Below are positions 1 to 11,129 of a stretch of 64,000 nt of DNA, piece by piece. Under the pieces are notes generated by a model. It made no database searches and was not told where the DNA came from. It saw only the letters and a list, made by a program, of their open reading frames with translations. Source of the stretch: Betaproteobacteria bacterium (GTDB taxonomy: Bacteria > Pseudomonadota > Gammaproteobacteria > Burkholderiales > SG8-39); contig JACPYS010000028.1 in the NCBI GenBank assembly GCA_016195915.1, positions 132,542 to 196,541 of the forward strand. Reading direction: 5' to 3'. How positions within the stretch are numbered: the first letter of the stretch is position 1; every line of letters begins with the position of its first letter. A program made the translations under genes and the position numbers.

Positions 1-2
1 CG

Positions 3-716
3 GCAGAGCGCATCGTTGCGCTTGCCGGCGCGGGAATCTCGACCGACTCGGGGATTCCGGATTTCCGCGGCCCGCAGGGCGTTTGGACCAGGAATCCGGA
101 CGCGGAAAAACTCTCCACGTTGCAGAACTACCTCGCCGATCCGGATGTGCGCAAGGCGGCGTGGCGCGCGCGTGTCGCCAGCCCGACCTGGTCCGCGCAG
201 CCCAATGCCGGCCACCGGGCACTGGTCGCGCTCGAGCGGCGCGGCAAGCTGCACGCGCTGATCACGCAGAACATCGACGGACTGCACCAGAAAGCCGGCC
301 ATACGCCCGCGCGTGTCATCGAGGTTCACGGCACGATGCACGGCGTGACCTGCTGGGGCTGCGGCTGGGAAGGGCCGATGCTTCCGGTGCTCGAACGCGT
401 GAAGGCGGGCGAGGAGGATCCACCGTGCGCACAGTGCGGCGGGATCCTTAAGAGCGCGACGATTTCGTTTGGCCAGGCGCTGGTTCCCGAAGTCATCGAG
501 CGCGCGATGCAGGCCGCGTCGGAAGCCGACCTCTTTCTTTCGGTCGGCACCAGCCTGCAGGTTTACCCGATTGCCGGTGCGGTTCCCGCAGCGCGCTCGG
601 CCGGGGCAAAGATCGTGATCGTCAACGCGCAGCCCACACCCTTTGACGACATCGCGGATGCAGTATTGTCCGGGTCGATCGGCACGATCCTTCCGGGCAT
701 CTGCGCCGGCGCATGA
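3..716 (+). CDS. cobB: NAD-dependent protein deacylase, Sir2/CobB family (5' end outside window)
   Basis: Frame 3 is open from nt 3. It shows AGAGISTDSGIPDFRGPQGVW, QNIDGLH, VIEVHG and a zinc ribbon CWGC..CAQCGG. Stop at 714-716. Confidence 0.9.
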   Translation, partial: AERIVALAGAGISTDSGIPDFRGPQGVWTRNPDAEKLSTLQNYLADPDVRKAAWRARVASPTWSAQPNAGHRALVALERRGKLHALITQNIDGLHQKAGHTPARVIEVHGTMHGVTCWGCGWEGPMLPVLERVKAGEEDPPCAQCGGILKSATISFGQALVPEVIERAMQAASEADLFLSVGTSLQVYPIAGAVPAARSAGAKIVIVNAQPTPFDDIADAVLSGSIGTILPGICAGA

Positions 717-735
717 CCAACATTGGAGAAATATC

Positions 736-1908
736 ATGGCAGTGATCGAACCCATCGCCCGCCTGCAGGAAGAAATGACGCGCTGGCGGCGCGACATCCA
801 CGCCCATCCCGAACTCGGTTTCGAGGAAAACCGGACCTCGGGCGTGGTAGCGAAAAAACTGCGCGAGTTCGGGCTGGAAGTGCATCGCGGAATCGGCAAG
901 ACCGGCGTGGTGTGAGTGCTGCGTGCCGGAAACGCAAGCCGCTCGGTCGGCCTGCGCGCCGATATGGACGCGTTGCCGATCCACGAAGCGAATACCTTCG
1001 CGCACCGCTCGACCAGCGACGGACGCATGCACGCCTGCGGGCATGACGGCCACACCACGATGCTGCTCGGGGCGGCGAAATATCTTTCCGACACGCGAGG
1101 TTTCGACGGGGTTGTGAACTTCATTTTTCAGCCAGCCGATGAAGGCATCGGCGGGGCGCGCGCGATGATCGAAGACGGACTGTTCGAGAAGTTTCCCTGC
1201 CAAGCGGTGTTCGGCATGCACAACCGGCCGGGCTTGCCGCTCGGCAAGTTTGCGGTGCGCGCCGGACCGATGATGGCGGGCGGCGGATTTTTCGATATCC
1301 GCGTTACCGGCAAAGGCTCGCATGGCGCGCGGCCCGAGGCCGGCATCGATTCGGTGCTTGTCGCCTCGCACATCGCCATCGCCCTGCAAAGCATCGTCTC
1401 GCGCAACGTGCGGCCGGTGGACGCGGCCGTGGTCTCGGTGACCAAGATCCACGGGGGCGATGCTTACAACGTCATTCCACAGACCGCACAGCTCTCCGGC
1501 ACGGTGCGCGCATTCACACGCGATGTGATGGAGTTGATCGAAACCGGGATGCGCCGGGTCGTCAAGGGGACCGCGGAGGCGTTCGGTGCTGCCGCGGATG
1601 TCGATTTCCGCGTGATCTTCGCCCCGACGGTCAACGACGCGGTGCAGGCCGAGTTCGTGGCGGGCGTTTGCGACGAGATAGTGGGCGACGACAACGTGAA
1701 CCGCAATCCGTCGCTGATCGTCGCCTCGGAGGATTTCTCCTTCATGCTGGAGAAAGTGCCGGGCTGCTACTTCAACATCGGCAACGGCGCGGGCGAAGGC
1801 GCCTGCGAGGTGCACAACCCGGCCTACGATTTCAACGACGCTGCGCTCGCGCTCGGCGCCAGCGTATTCGCGCGCATCGTCGAAAAGCGTCTGGCGAAAA
1901 CCGGCTGA
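736..1908 (+). pseudogene. M20-family amidohydrolase (hippurate hydrolase/aminoacylase-like) with a single in-frame TGA at 913-915
   Basis: ATG at 736 follows GGAGAA. ORFs 643-915 and 916-1908 are in the same frame and read through as ...GIGKTGVV*VLRAG..GLRADMDALPI..ACGHDGH. This is continuous M20 homology across the stop. Confidence 0.8.
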
Positions 1909-1958
1909 GCCCGCCATTTCCGGGAACGCCGGATTTCCGTCGCTGCACGCGACCGGGC

Positions 1959-3068
1959 CTAAAACCTGACCACGCTGCGGATCGATTCGCCGGAATGCAT
2001 CAGGCCGAAGCCCTGGTTGATGTCCTCGAGCGGCATCACGTGCGTAATCAGGTCGTCGATGTTGATTCTGCCGTCCATGTACCAATCGACGATTTTCGGC
2101 ACGTCGGTGCGTCCCCGCGCGCCGCCGAAGGCCGTGCCTTTCCAGACGCGCCCGGTGACGAGTTGAAACGGCCGGGTCCTGATCTCCTGCCCGGCGCCGG
2201 CGACGCCGATGATGACCGAAACCCCCCAGCCGCGGTGGCAGCATTCGAGCGCCTGGCGCATCACCTCGACATTGCCGATGCACTCGAAGCTGTAGTCCGC
2301 GCCGCCGCCGGTCAGTTCGACCAGATGCGCGACTAGGTTGTCGCCCACCTCCTTCGGGTCGACGAAATGCGTCATGCCGAATTTTGCCGCCAATGCGCGG
2401 CGTGCCTGATTCAGATCGACGCCGATGATCATGTTCGCACCGGCCAGACGCGCGCCCTGCACCACGTTGAGGCCGATGCCGCCCAGGCCGAACACCACCA
2501 CGTTCGCGCCCGGCTCGACCTTGGCGGTATTGATGACAGCGCCGATTCCGGTGGTGACGCCGCAGCCGATGCAGCAGACCTTGTCGAACGGCGCATCCTC
2601 GCGGATCTTCGCCAGAGCGATCTCGGGCAGGACCGTGAAGTTTGCGAAGGTCGAGCAGCCCATGTAGTGATGGATCTTCTTCCCGCCGATCGAAAAGCGC
2701 GATGTGCCGTCGGGCATCACGCCCTTGCCCTGCGTGCCGCGGATCGCGGTGCACAGGTTGGTCTTGCGCGACAGGCAGGATTTGCACTGGCGGCATTCGG
2801 GCGTGTAGAGCGGAATCACGTGGTCGCCCTTGCTGAGCGAGGTCACACCGGAACCGACATCGACCACGATCCCGGCGCCTTCATGGCCGAAGATCGCCGG
2901 AAACAGGCCTTCCGGATCCGCGCCGGAGCGCGTGAATTCGTCGGTGTGGCAGATGCCGCTCGCCTTGATCTCGACCAGCACCTCGCCGGTTTTGGGCCCT
3001 TCGAGCTGCACCGTTTCGACCACCAGCGGTTTGCCGGCCTCGTAGGACACGGCGGCGCGTACATCCAT
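1959..3068 (-). CDS. adhC: S-(hydroxymethyl)glutathione dehydrogenase / class III alcohol dehydrogenase
   Basis: End-to-end similarity to FrmA/AdhC (GICHTDEFT, GHEGAGIV, HYMGCSTF, VTGRVWKGTAFGG, SIRSVVRF). Start placed at MDVRAAV rather than the upstream ATG of the ORF. Confidence 0.93.
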   Translation of the reverse strand: MDVRAAVSYEAGKPLVVETVQLEGPKTGEVLVEIKASGICHTDEFTRSGADPEGLFPAIFGHEGAGIVVDVGSGVTSLSKGDHVIPLYTPECRQCKSCLSRKTNLCTAIRGTQGKGVMPDGTSRFSIGGKKIHHYMGCSTFANFTVLPEIALAKIREDAPFDKVCCIGCGVTTGIGAVINTAKVEPGANVVVFGLGGIGLNVVQGARLAGANMIIGVDLNQARRALAAKFGMTHFVDPKEVGDNLVAHLVELTGGGADYSFECIGNVEVMRQALECCHRGWGVSVIIGVAGAGQEIRTRPFQLVTGRVWKGTAFGGARGRTDVPKIVDWYMDGRINIDDLITHVMPLEDINQGFGLMHSGESIRSVVRF

Positions 3069-3137
3069 GTGCGTTTCTCCGGAAAGTCGCGCCATCATAG
3101 CGCCCGCGGCTTCACGCCGTGTCGGAGCGGAAGCTGG

Positions 3138-4508
3138 TCAGGGACTGCGCAGATGCCAGGCCTTGGGACGCGTAAACGTCCTGATGCCGTCGATCGAGAG
3201 CGTCAGTCCAACCCCCGAATGTCCGACGCCCGACCACGGCAGCCGCGGGCTGACGCGGTCGCAGCAGTTCCAATACACCGAACCGGACCGGACACGCGCG
3301 AGCATGCCGCGCGCGCGCGCTTCATCCGGTGTGTACACGCCGGCGGTAAGGCCGTACTCCGTGTCGTTCATCAGCGCGACTGCCTCGTCATCGCCGTCGA
3401 CCCGCTGAATGCCGATCACCTGGCCGAAGGATTCCTCGCGCATCAGTTCCATCGAGTGGTCCACATCGGAGACAACCGTCGCGTCGAACCAGTTGCCCGC
3501 TCGCTGGATGCGCTTTCCGCCGATGAGGAGCTTCGCGCCCTTTGCGAGTGCGTCCGCCACCTGCCGCTCCAGTACCGCGACTTGCGGCGCGCGCGCAAGC
3601 GGGCCGAGATAGGTGGATTCGTCCATCGGATCGCCGACCTTGAAGCCCCTTACCGTGCCGGCGAATGCGGCCACGAAGGTGTCGTGAATCCTTTCGTGCA
3701 CGTAGATGCGCTCGACCGAGCAGCACGACTGCCCCGCGTTGTACATCGCGCCGTCGGCGAGCGACTCCGCGGCGCTCGCGATGTCGGCGTCTTCACACAC
3801 GTAAACCGGGTCCTTGCCGCCCAGTTCCAGCTGCAGCTTCACCATGCGCGGCGCGCAGGCAGTGGCTATCTTCACGCCGGTCGGATACGAGCCCGTGAAG
3901 AAGACTCCGTCGACGGGTTGTTCGACCACCGCGGCGCCCACGGCGCCGCCGCCGGGGACCACGTTGAACACGTCTGCCGGGACACCTGAGTCGCGCAGCA
4001 TCTCGCCGATCGCAAGGCCGGTCAGCGTGGCGAATTCGGAGGGTTTGTAGAGCACCGCGTTTCCGGCGATCAGCGCAGGGACGAACACGTTCGAACCTAC
4101 GAAATACGGATAGTTCCACGCCGAGACATTGGCGATGACCCCGAGCGGCTCGTGCGTGATGCGCTCGGCGAGTTTGTCCTGAGGGGCTTCCAGCACGCTC
4201 TCGGCAGCGAGCGCACCCTCCGAGTGGTCGAGAAAAAAATCGATGCGGCCGGCGAGCGCGTTCAATTCGTTGTGCGACTGGCGGATTGGTTTGCCCATCT
4301 CGCGGGTGAGCGTGCGTGCGAGTTCGTCGCTGCGCTCGGCGACGCGCGCCTTGAAGCTGCGCAGCGCCGCGACGCGCTCGGCGATCGGCCGCGCAGCCCA
4401 GGCGGGTTGAGCGGCGCGCGCGGCGGCGTACTTTGCCGCGATCGTTTCCGCAGCGTCATCGGGCAGCTCGCGCAGCAGCGAGCCGTCGGCGGGGTTGACG
4501 ATCTTCAT
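3138..4508 (-). CDS. NAD(P)-dependent aldehyde dehydrogenase
   Basis: ALDH family motifs (LELGGKDP, catalytic-Cys region GQSCCSVERIYV, EESFGQV). Start MKIVNP overlaps the stop of the upstream gene (ATGA at 4505-4508). Confidence 0.9.
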   Translation of the reverse strand: MKIVNPADGSLLRELPDDAAETIAAKYAAARAAQPAWAARPIAERVAALRSFKARVAERSDELARTLTREMGKPIRQSHNELNALAGRIDFFLDHSEGALAAESVLEAPQDKLAERITHEPLGVIANVSAWNYPYFVGSNVFVPALIAGNAVLYKPSEFATLTGLAIGEMLRDSGVPADVFNVVPGGGAVGAAVVEQPVDGVFFTGSYPTGVKIATACAPRMVKLQLELGGKDPVYVCEDADIASAAESLADGAMYNAGQSCCSVERIYVHERIHDTFVAAFAGTVRGFKVGDPMDESTYLGPLARAPQVAVLERQVADALAKGAKLLIGGKRIQRAGNWFDATVVSDVDHSMELMREESFGQVIGIQRVDGDDEAVALMNDTEYGLTAGVYTPDEARARGMLARVRSGSVYWNCCDRVSPRLPWSGVGHSGVGLTLSIDGIRTFTRPKAWHLRSP

Positions 4509-5626
4509 AGCGCAGCGGCGAACAGTTGCTCGAAGTCCTGCCTGGCGCAAGGTCGTGGATTGGTCTGGTGGCAGATGTCCTTCAGCGCAATATCGACCAG
4601 GCGCGGCAGGTGCCCGGCGTTCACGTCAAGCTCGGAGAGTTTCGCCGGAATGCCGAGTTCGGCCTTCAGCCGTGTGAGCCATTCGATGAAATCCGGCACG
4701 CCGGCCACGCGCGCAAGCTCGTCCATCTTCGTCGCCGCCGCGCTGCGGTTGAAGCGCATCACGTGGTCGATCATCACGCCGTTGGCGAGGCCGTGGTGCA
4801 GGTCATTGACGGTCGAGAGCGCGTGGGCGCAGGAGTGCACGGCGCCGAGGTCTTTCTGGAACGCGATCGCACCCATCATGGAGGCCATCAGCATGTCGCT
4901 GCGCGCGGCGAGATCCCTGCCGTCGGCGAACGCCCGCGGCAGCGCGCGGGCGGCGATCCTCACGCCTTCGAGCGCGATGCCGTCGCACAGCGGGTGGTAA
5001 GCGGGTGAAAGATAGGACTCGACGTTGTGCGTGAGCGCGTCCATCCCGGTCGCGGCGGTGATGCCGCGCGGCAGATCCAGGGTGAGTTCCGGATCTGCGA
5101 ACACCGCTTTCGCGAGCAGCGCGGGAGAGAACACGATGCGCTTGACATGCGTGTCGTCCTCGGAGATCACGCTCGAGCGGCCGACTTCGCTGCCGGTGCC
5201 GGCGGTGGTGGGAAGCGCGACGAAGTGCGGCAGCGGCCTGTCGATCGGACGCACCTGCGGATGATCCCAGGCGTATTCGAGCACGTTGCCAGGGTGCACC
5301 GCCATCAACGCAACCGCTTTAGCCACGTCGAGCGCTGCGCCACCGCCGAAGCCGATCACGCAGTCGGCGCGGTGCGCGCGATACGCTGCGACACCCGCGT
5401 CCACCTGGCTCTTCACCGGGTTGCCGTGTACGCCTGCGTAGACCTCGGGCGCGAGTTCGGCGAGGCGCGACTCGAACTCCGCGAGCATCGGCAGCGCGGC
5501 GATGCCGCTGTCGGTGACGATGATCGGTCGCCGCAGGCAGTGCGCCTGAAGTTCCTGGGCGACGAGCTTGCGCGAGCCGGGGCCGAAGTGAATCGTGGTG
5601 GGAAACGCGAAACGATGGATCGTCAT
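4505..5626 (-). CDS. Iron-containing (group III) alcohol dehydrogenase
   Basis: Fe-ADH family similarity (GFGGGAALDVAKA, metal-binding His region HSCAHAL..HHGLANG). Start at MTIHRF is likely, but 5644 is possible. Confidence 0.88.
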   Translation of the reverse strand: MTIHRFAFPTTIHFGPGSRKLVAQELQAHCLRRPIIVTDSGIAALPMLAEFESRLAELAPEVYAGVHGNPVKSQVDAGVAAYRAHRADCVIGFGGGAALDVAKAVALMAVHPGNVLEYAWDHPQVRPIDRPLPHFVALPTTAGTGSEVGRSSVISEDDTHVKRIVFSPALLAKAVFADPELTLDLPRGITAATGMDALTHNVESYLSPAYHPLCDGIALEGVRIAARALPRAFADGRDLAARSDMLMASMMGAIAFQKDLGAVHSCAHALSTVNDLHHGLANGVMIDHVMRFNRSAAATKMDELARVAGVPDFIEWLTRLKAELGIPAKLSELDVNAGHLPRLVDIALKDICHQTNPRPCARQDFEQLFAAAL

Positions 5627-5657
5627 GTCAGGGCAGGATTTCAATCCGTTGCCCCGC

Positions 5658-5916
5658 TCAGAGCCGGTAAGGCACCCGGATACCAGGCTCGTCCGCGGCG
5701 AAATCCTTGGCGTTGCGCGTGATCAGGACAAGGTTCTGGACTCGCGCCGTCGCAAGGATGATCGCGTCGGGCACGCGCATCTTCGCGGCGCGCCGCAGCG
5801 CCACCGCCCGCTCCGCGATCTCCCCGGTGAGCTCGAGTCGCTCGAAACTCGCGAGAAACTTTCTCGACGCCATTCAGGTAGTCGATGAGGATGTTCGTAT
5901 CGAACACCGCCCTCAC
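5658..5916 (-). pseudogene. vapC: PIN-domain VapC toxin remnant (internal deletion plus frameshift)
   Basis: A GTG at 5916 overlaps the antitoxin stop and gives VRAVFDTNILIDYLNGVEK in one frame. The C-terminal FLASFERLELTGEIAERAVALRR..PDAIILATA..ITRNAKDF..IRVPYRL is in another frame (ORF 5658-5873). The total length of 259 nt is not a multiple of 3. About 35-40 central residues expected from homologues are missing. Confidence 0.7.
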
Positions 5917-6137
5917 CGCTTCCACTCCTTGCGCAGGCGGCGCTGGAGGGCGACCCCATCGATGCGGAGCCCTGCGCGCCTCCAAAGACCAAACGCCTCA
6001 TCTCTGCACGGAAGGTGCTCCTGCAGATATCGCTCGACCGCCTGGCGGATCAACTCCGCGCGCGAGAGCTTCCGGCTGCGCGAGATGCGCTCGAGCGCGT
6101 CGAGTTGACGAACGGGCAGATCAATTATGGTCCGCAT
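5913..6137 (-). CDS. vapB: Ribbon-helix-helix (CopG/VapB-like) antitoxin
   Basis: MRTIIDLPVRQLDALERISRSRKLSRAELIRQAVERYL is a typical RHH N-terminus. It lies immediately upstream of the vapC remnant and overlaps it. Confidence 0.75.
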   Translation of the reverse strand: MRTIIDLPVRQLDALERISRSRKLSRAELIRQAVERYLQEHLPCRDEAFGLWRRAGLRIDGVALQRRLRKEWKR

Positions 6138-6188
6138 GGGCGGCATGTCGAATGAAGGCATTACATGATATCAAGGCACACTTCCTGG

Positions 6189-7559
<1,371 letters not shown>

Positions 7560-7631
7560 GTTTCGCTCCCCTTGCGGGGCAATATACCGTAACTGGCAAT
7601 CTGCAAAGCGGACCCGCATTAGAATGCCGTG

Positions 7632-8621
7632 ATGGATCATTTCGAACGCATCGAGGCCGCCATCGCCGGCGGCGTGACCGACCAGGTACCGGTAGCCCTG
7701 TGGAAGCATTTTCCGGTCGACGACCAGGATCCCGCCAAGCTTGCCGCGAACACGGTGGCCTGGCAGCGCAAGTACGACTTCGACCTGGTGAAGTTCATGC
7801 CTTCGGGCACCTACAGCGTCGAGGACTGGGGAGCGAAGAGCGCCTATGACGGTGCGCCCAACGGCGCGCGCAAGATCGTGCAAGCCGGCGTCGCGTCGCC
7901 AAGCGACTGGCTCGGGCTCCGGCGCCTCGATCCGGCGTCCGGCGTTCTCGGCGCGCAGAACGCCGCCCTCGGCAGCACAGCGAGAGAACTCGCGGGCAGC
8001 GTTCCGATCCTGCAGACCTTGTTCAGTCCGCTCACCACCGCGAGGAAACTCGCAGGCGACGTGGTGTTCGATCACCTTCGCAATCATTCCAATGCGCTGG
8101 AAGCGGGATTGCGTACCATCACGGACACGACGATCGATTTCGCGCTCGCAGCGCTCGCGGCGGGGGCGCACGGTTTTTTTCTCGCCACCCAGTGCGCGAC
8201 CACCGACGACATGACCGAGGCGGAGTATGCGAGGTTCGGCGTGCGCTTCGACCTGGAGATTCTCGCCGCGGTTAAGGCGAAGGCCCGCTACAACATGCTT
8301 CACGTGCACGGGCAGAACGTGATGTTCGGCATGATGGCCGGCTACCCGGTGGAGATGATCAACTGGCACGACCGCCTGACGCCGCCCAGCCTGGCGCAGG
8401 CGCTGCCGCGCTTTTCAGGCGCGCTGGTGGGCGGAGTCGCGGAACGCGATCTGCTGGTCACAGGCACTGCCGGCGAGGTGCATGCGCAGGTGAGAGACGC
8501 AATCGTGCAAACCGGCGGCAAACAACTGATTGTAGGTCCCGGATGCGTCGTCGCAATCGCCGCGCCGGAAGCGAACTTGCGCGCGGCGGTCGACGCGGCG
8601 CGCGGCCAGAAAACCGATTAA
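7632..8621 (+). CDS. Uroporphyrinogen decarboxylase (URO-D) family protein (MtaA/CmuA-like fold)
   Basis: 329-aa ORF with URO-D-family-like sequence. It is divergent from the GS-like gene. ATG at 7632 directly follows the GTG at 7629. Confidence 0.7.
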   Translation: MDHFERIEAAIAGGVTDQVPVALWKHFPVDDQDPAKLAANTVAWQRKYDFDLVKFMPSGTYSVEDWGAKSAYDGAPNGARKIVQAGVASPSDWLGLRRLDPASGVLGAQNAALGSTARELAGSVPILQTLFSPLTTARKLAGDVVFDHLRNHSNALEAGLRTITDTTIDFALAALAAGAHGFFLATQCATTDDMTEAEYARFGVRFDLEILAAVKAKARYNMLHVHGQNVMFGMMAGYPVEMINWHDRLTPPSLAQALPRFSGALVGGVAERDLLVTGTAGEVHAQVRDAIVQTGGKQLIVGPGCVVAIAAPEANLRAAVDAARGQKTD

Positions 8622-9577
8622 CGGTCGCGTGCGAGAATGCGATTGACCAGCGCGGTGGAACGCAGACCGTCCTCGCCGGTCGCATCAGGCGAGGCGCCCC
8701 GAGCGGCGGCACGCGCGAATGACTCGAACTGCTCGCGATAGAGGTTGCCCGGCGGCAACTCGGTCTCCTCGATGTCGGTGCCGCGGGTACGCCGCAGAAT
8801 TCCAGCCGGCGCCATGCCTACGGTGCCGATTCCACCGGCGGTGCCCCGCGTCCCCCACACCTGCACACTGTTCAGCGGCCATGCCGAGCGGCGCGTCGCA
8901 CTCGCCATTCCCATCGCTCCGTTGGCAAAGGCGATGGAACACGCGATGGTCTGATCCTGACCCGTGTCCAGGGCCACATCGACGAGAGCCGCAACGTCGC
9001 GCACTTCGGCGCCGGCAAACCAGCACAGCAGGTCAAGGACGTGGACCGCGATCGCACCGATCACGTCGGAACCGGCGCGCGCCGGCGCGGCGCGCCAGTT
9101 CTTCCACGGCCCGTACGCGCTGTGCCACTCCCCGCGCACCATGACCACGTCACCCAGTTCTCCGCTGCGGATCAGGCGATGGATTTCGCGGTGCACCGGG
9201 TGCTGGCGCAACTGAAATCCCAGTCCGAGTGCGACGCCTGCCTTCCGGCACGCTTCGATCATGGCGTTGCAGTCCGACTCGGCAAGGGCCATCGGCTTCT
9301 CGACCAGCACGTGCTTGCCGGCCGCCGCGGCAATTTCGGTCTGGCGGCAGTGCAGGTCGTTCGGCGAAGTGATCATCACCGTGTCGATCTCCGGATCGGC
9401 GGCGAGCGCTGCCAGGTCAGCGTAAGCACGACCCGCGCCTATACGCTGGACAAACGTCCGCGCTTTCGCTTCACTGCTTCCGACCACGCCTCGCAGCACT
9501 TCCGTATTGCTCTGCGCGAGTGCTGGCGCGAGGCGCTGCTCGGCGTGCAGCCCTGTTCCGACCATGCCCCATCTCAT
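8618..9577 (-). CDS. Gfo/Idh/MocA family oxidoreductase
   Basis: MRWGMVGTGLHA Rossmann start and the EKP motif (HVLVEKPMA). Start placed at ATG 9577; the longer ORF to 10303 overlaps the upstream SDR. Confidence 0.88.
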   Translation of the reverse strand: MRWGMVGTGLHAEQRLAPALAQSNTEVLRGVVGSSEAKARTFVQRIGAGRAYADLAALAADPEIDTVMITSPNDLHCRQTEIAAAAGKHVLVEKPMALAESDCNAMIEACRKAGVALGLGFQLRQHPVHREIHRLIRSGELGDVVMVRGEWHSAYGPWKNWRAAPARAGSDVIGAIAVHVLDLLCWFAGAEVRDVAALVDVALDTGQDQTIACSIAFANGAMGMASATRRSAWPLNSVQVWGTRGTAGGIGTVGMAPAGILRRTRGTDIEETELPPGNLYREQFESFARAAARGASPDATGEDGLRSTALVNRILARDR

Positions 9578-9591
9578 CCCGCGTGCCTCCG

Positions 9592-10368
9592 TCAGAATTT
9601 CATTGCGGTTGTGGCGCCGCCCTCGACCGGAAGCGCGGCGCCGGTAACGAAACCCGACATTCCGCTCGCGAAGAACAGCATTGCAGAGGCGACGTCCTCC
9701 GGCGTGCAGACCCGGCCGAGCGGCGCCGCACGCCGCATCGCCTCGGCACGCCGCTCGAGTTGCTCCGCACCGAGCACCGAGAGCCGGTCGAGCGACGGCG
9801 AGACGAGGCCGCTCGGGCAGACGCAGTTCGCGCGCACGCCGTCGCGCGCGTAGTCGACTGCGATCTGGCGCGTGAGTTGCAGCACGCCGGCCTTCGACAC
9901 GCCGTAGGCCGCCATCGCGGGCATGGTAAGAAGCGCACCCTGCGACGCGACGTTGACAATCGCGCCCGAGCCCTGCGCGACCATGATCGGGATGAGCGCG
10001 CGGCAGGAAAGGAACACCCCTTTGAGGTTGACCTCGAGGATGCGGTCCCAGTCGGCTTCGCTTGTCTCGTGCACTTTCTTCGCGCCGGGCGGGTCGATCC
10101 CCGCGGTGTTGCACAGCACGTCGATTCCGCCGAGCGCTTCCTGCGCCTCGGCCGCCATGCGGGCGCATTGATCTGCCACCGTAAGGTCGGCTTGGACTAC
10201 GCGAGCCACTGCGCCGGAGGCGCCCGACGCGCTCTGCTGTGCCCGCGCAAGGTCGAGATCCGCGAGCACGACACGCGCTCCTTCGCGCGCGAAGAGCTCG
10301 CACACCGCCCGGCCGACGTTCGAACCTGCCCCGGTCACCAGAACCCGTTTGCCCGCAAGGAGATCCAC
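9592..10368 (-). CDS. Short-chain dehydrogenase/reductase (SDR)
   Basis: VLVTGAGSNVGRA, NTAG and YGVSKAG motifs. A GTG start at 10368 lies 1 nt after the upstream stop. Confidence 0.85.
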   Translation of the reverse strand: MDLLAGKRVLVTGAGSNVGRAVCELFAREGARVVLADLDLARAQQSASGASGAVARVVQADLTVADQCARMAAEAQEALGGIDVLCNTAGIDPPGAKKVHETSEADWDRILEVNLKGVFLSCRALIPIMVAQGSGAIVNVASQGALLTMPAMAAYGVSKAGVLQLTRQIAVDYARDGVRANCVCPSGLVSPSLDRLSVLGAEQLERRAEAMRRAAPLGRVCTPEDVASAMLFFASGMSGFVTGAALPVEGGATTAMKF

Positions 10369-10369
10369 C

Positions 10370-11119
10370 TCAGCCCATCGCCGAGCCGCCGTCGATGCGC
10401 AGCACCTGTCCGGTGACCATGGCCGCGCTATCCCCGGCGAGGAACACAACCATTCCGGTAGCGTCCTGCGGTTCGAGCGTCCTGCGCAATGCCTGGTCTT
10501 CCACCATGCGGTCCATCGCCTGTTGGGGAAAGCTGGCGCGCACGCGCGGCGTCGGGGTGAAACCGGGCGCGATGGCGTTGACCGTGATGTTCCACGGCCC
10601 GACCTCGCGCGCGAGTGCGGTGGTCAGACCGATGACGCCGCCCTTGGCCGCAACATAGGGAACCAGATTCGCGCCGTCGCGATACAGCGCTGCGGTGATG
10701 CCGCTGTAGACGGACGCCGTGGCGACGTTGATGATGCGCCCGTTTCGCTGCAGTTTCATCGCCGGCAGCGTGGCGCGGATGCACAGGAACGGGCCGGTGA
10801 GGTTGATGCGCAGCGTGCGCTCCCACTCGGCGAGCGAGTGATCCTCGCAGGCTGCGCCCGAGAGAGCGCCGCCTGCGTTGTTCACCAGCACGTCAATGCG
10901 CCCGTGGCGGCCGAGGATCGTGGAGAACGCTTCTGCGACCGCCTGCTCTTCGCCGACGTCCGCAGTCAGGCAGGACACCCCGGCCTGCGCGAGAGCAGCG
11001 CCGGCCGCAGGCTGGGTGTCGATCACCACCACGGAGAAACCAGCGCCTGCGAGGCCGAGCGCATGCGCGTGCCCCATGCCCCTGGCACCGCCGGTCACCA
11101 CGGCGACGCGGGTGTTCAC
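10370..11119 (-). CDS. Short-chain dehydrogenase/reductase (SDR)
   Basis: VAVVTGGARGMG, NNAG and YVAAKGG motifs. Confidence 0.9.
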   Translation of the reverse strand: MNTRVAVVTGGARGMGHAHALGLAGAGFSVVVIDTQPAAGAALAQAGVSCLTADVGEEQAVAEAFSTILGRHGRIDVLVNNAGGALSGAACEDHSLAEWERTLRINLTGPFLCIRATLPAMKLQRNGRIINVATASVYSGITAALYRDGANLVPYVAAKGGVIGLTTALAREVGPWNITVNAIAPGFTPTPRVRASFPQQAMDRMVEDQALRRTLEPQDATGMVVFLAGDSAAMVTGQVLRIDGGSAMG

Positions 11120-11129
11120 CCGGACGCTT

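Noticed and set aside
3-716. The Sir2-domain gene at the window start as a defence-associated Sir2 (Thoeris, DSR or prokaryotic-Argonaute partner type).
   Set aside because: It has the compact CobB architecture with a Zn ribbon and no fused sensor or effector domain. Its neighbours are metabolic genes.
913-915. TGA in the M20 gene read as selenocysteine, or as a glycine-recoded UGA (genetic code 25).
   Set aside because: TGA is used as an ordinary stop by many genes in this window (e.g. sufB, sufC, sufU, mod, livH). The aligned residue in homologues is Gly, not Cys/Sec, and I see no SECIS-like hairpin just downstream. A nonsense mutation or an error is the simpler explanation.
1909-1958. A possible terminator hairpin (TCCGG-gaacg-CCGGA) between the convergent M20 and adhC genes. 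A similar 5-bp hairpin occurs at about 31410-31427 after nfu.
   Set aside because: The stems are only 5 bp long and have no U-tract. This is too weak to annotate.
8618-8621. Convergent genes (URO-D-like, plus strand; Gfo/Idh/MocA, minus strand) whose stop codons overlap within the palindrome TTAA, leaving no room for a terminator.
   Set aside because: The overlap is real but of little biological weight. Overlapping convergent 3' ends are common in compact high-GC genomes.
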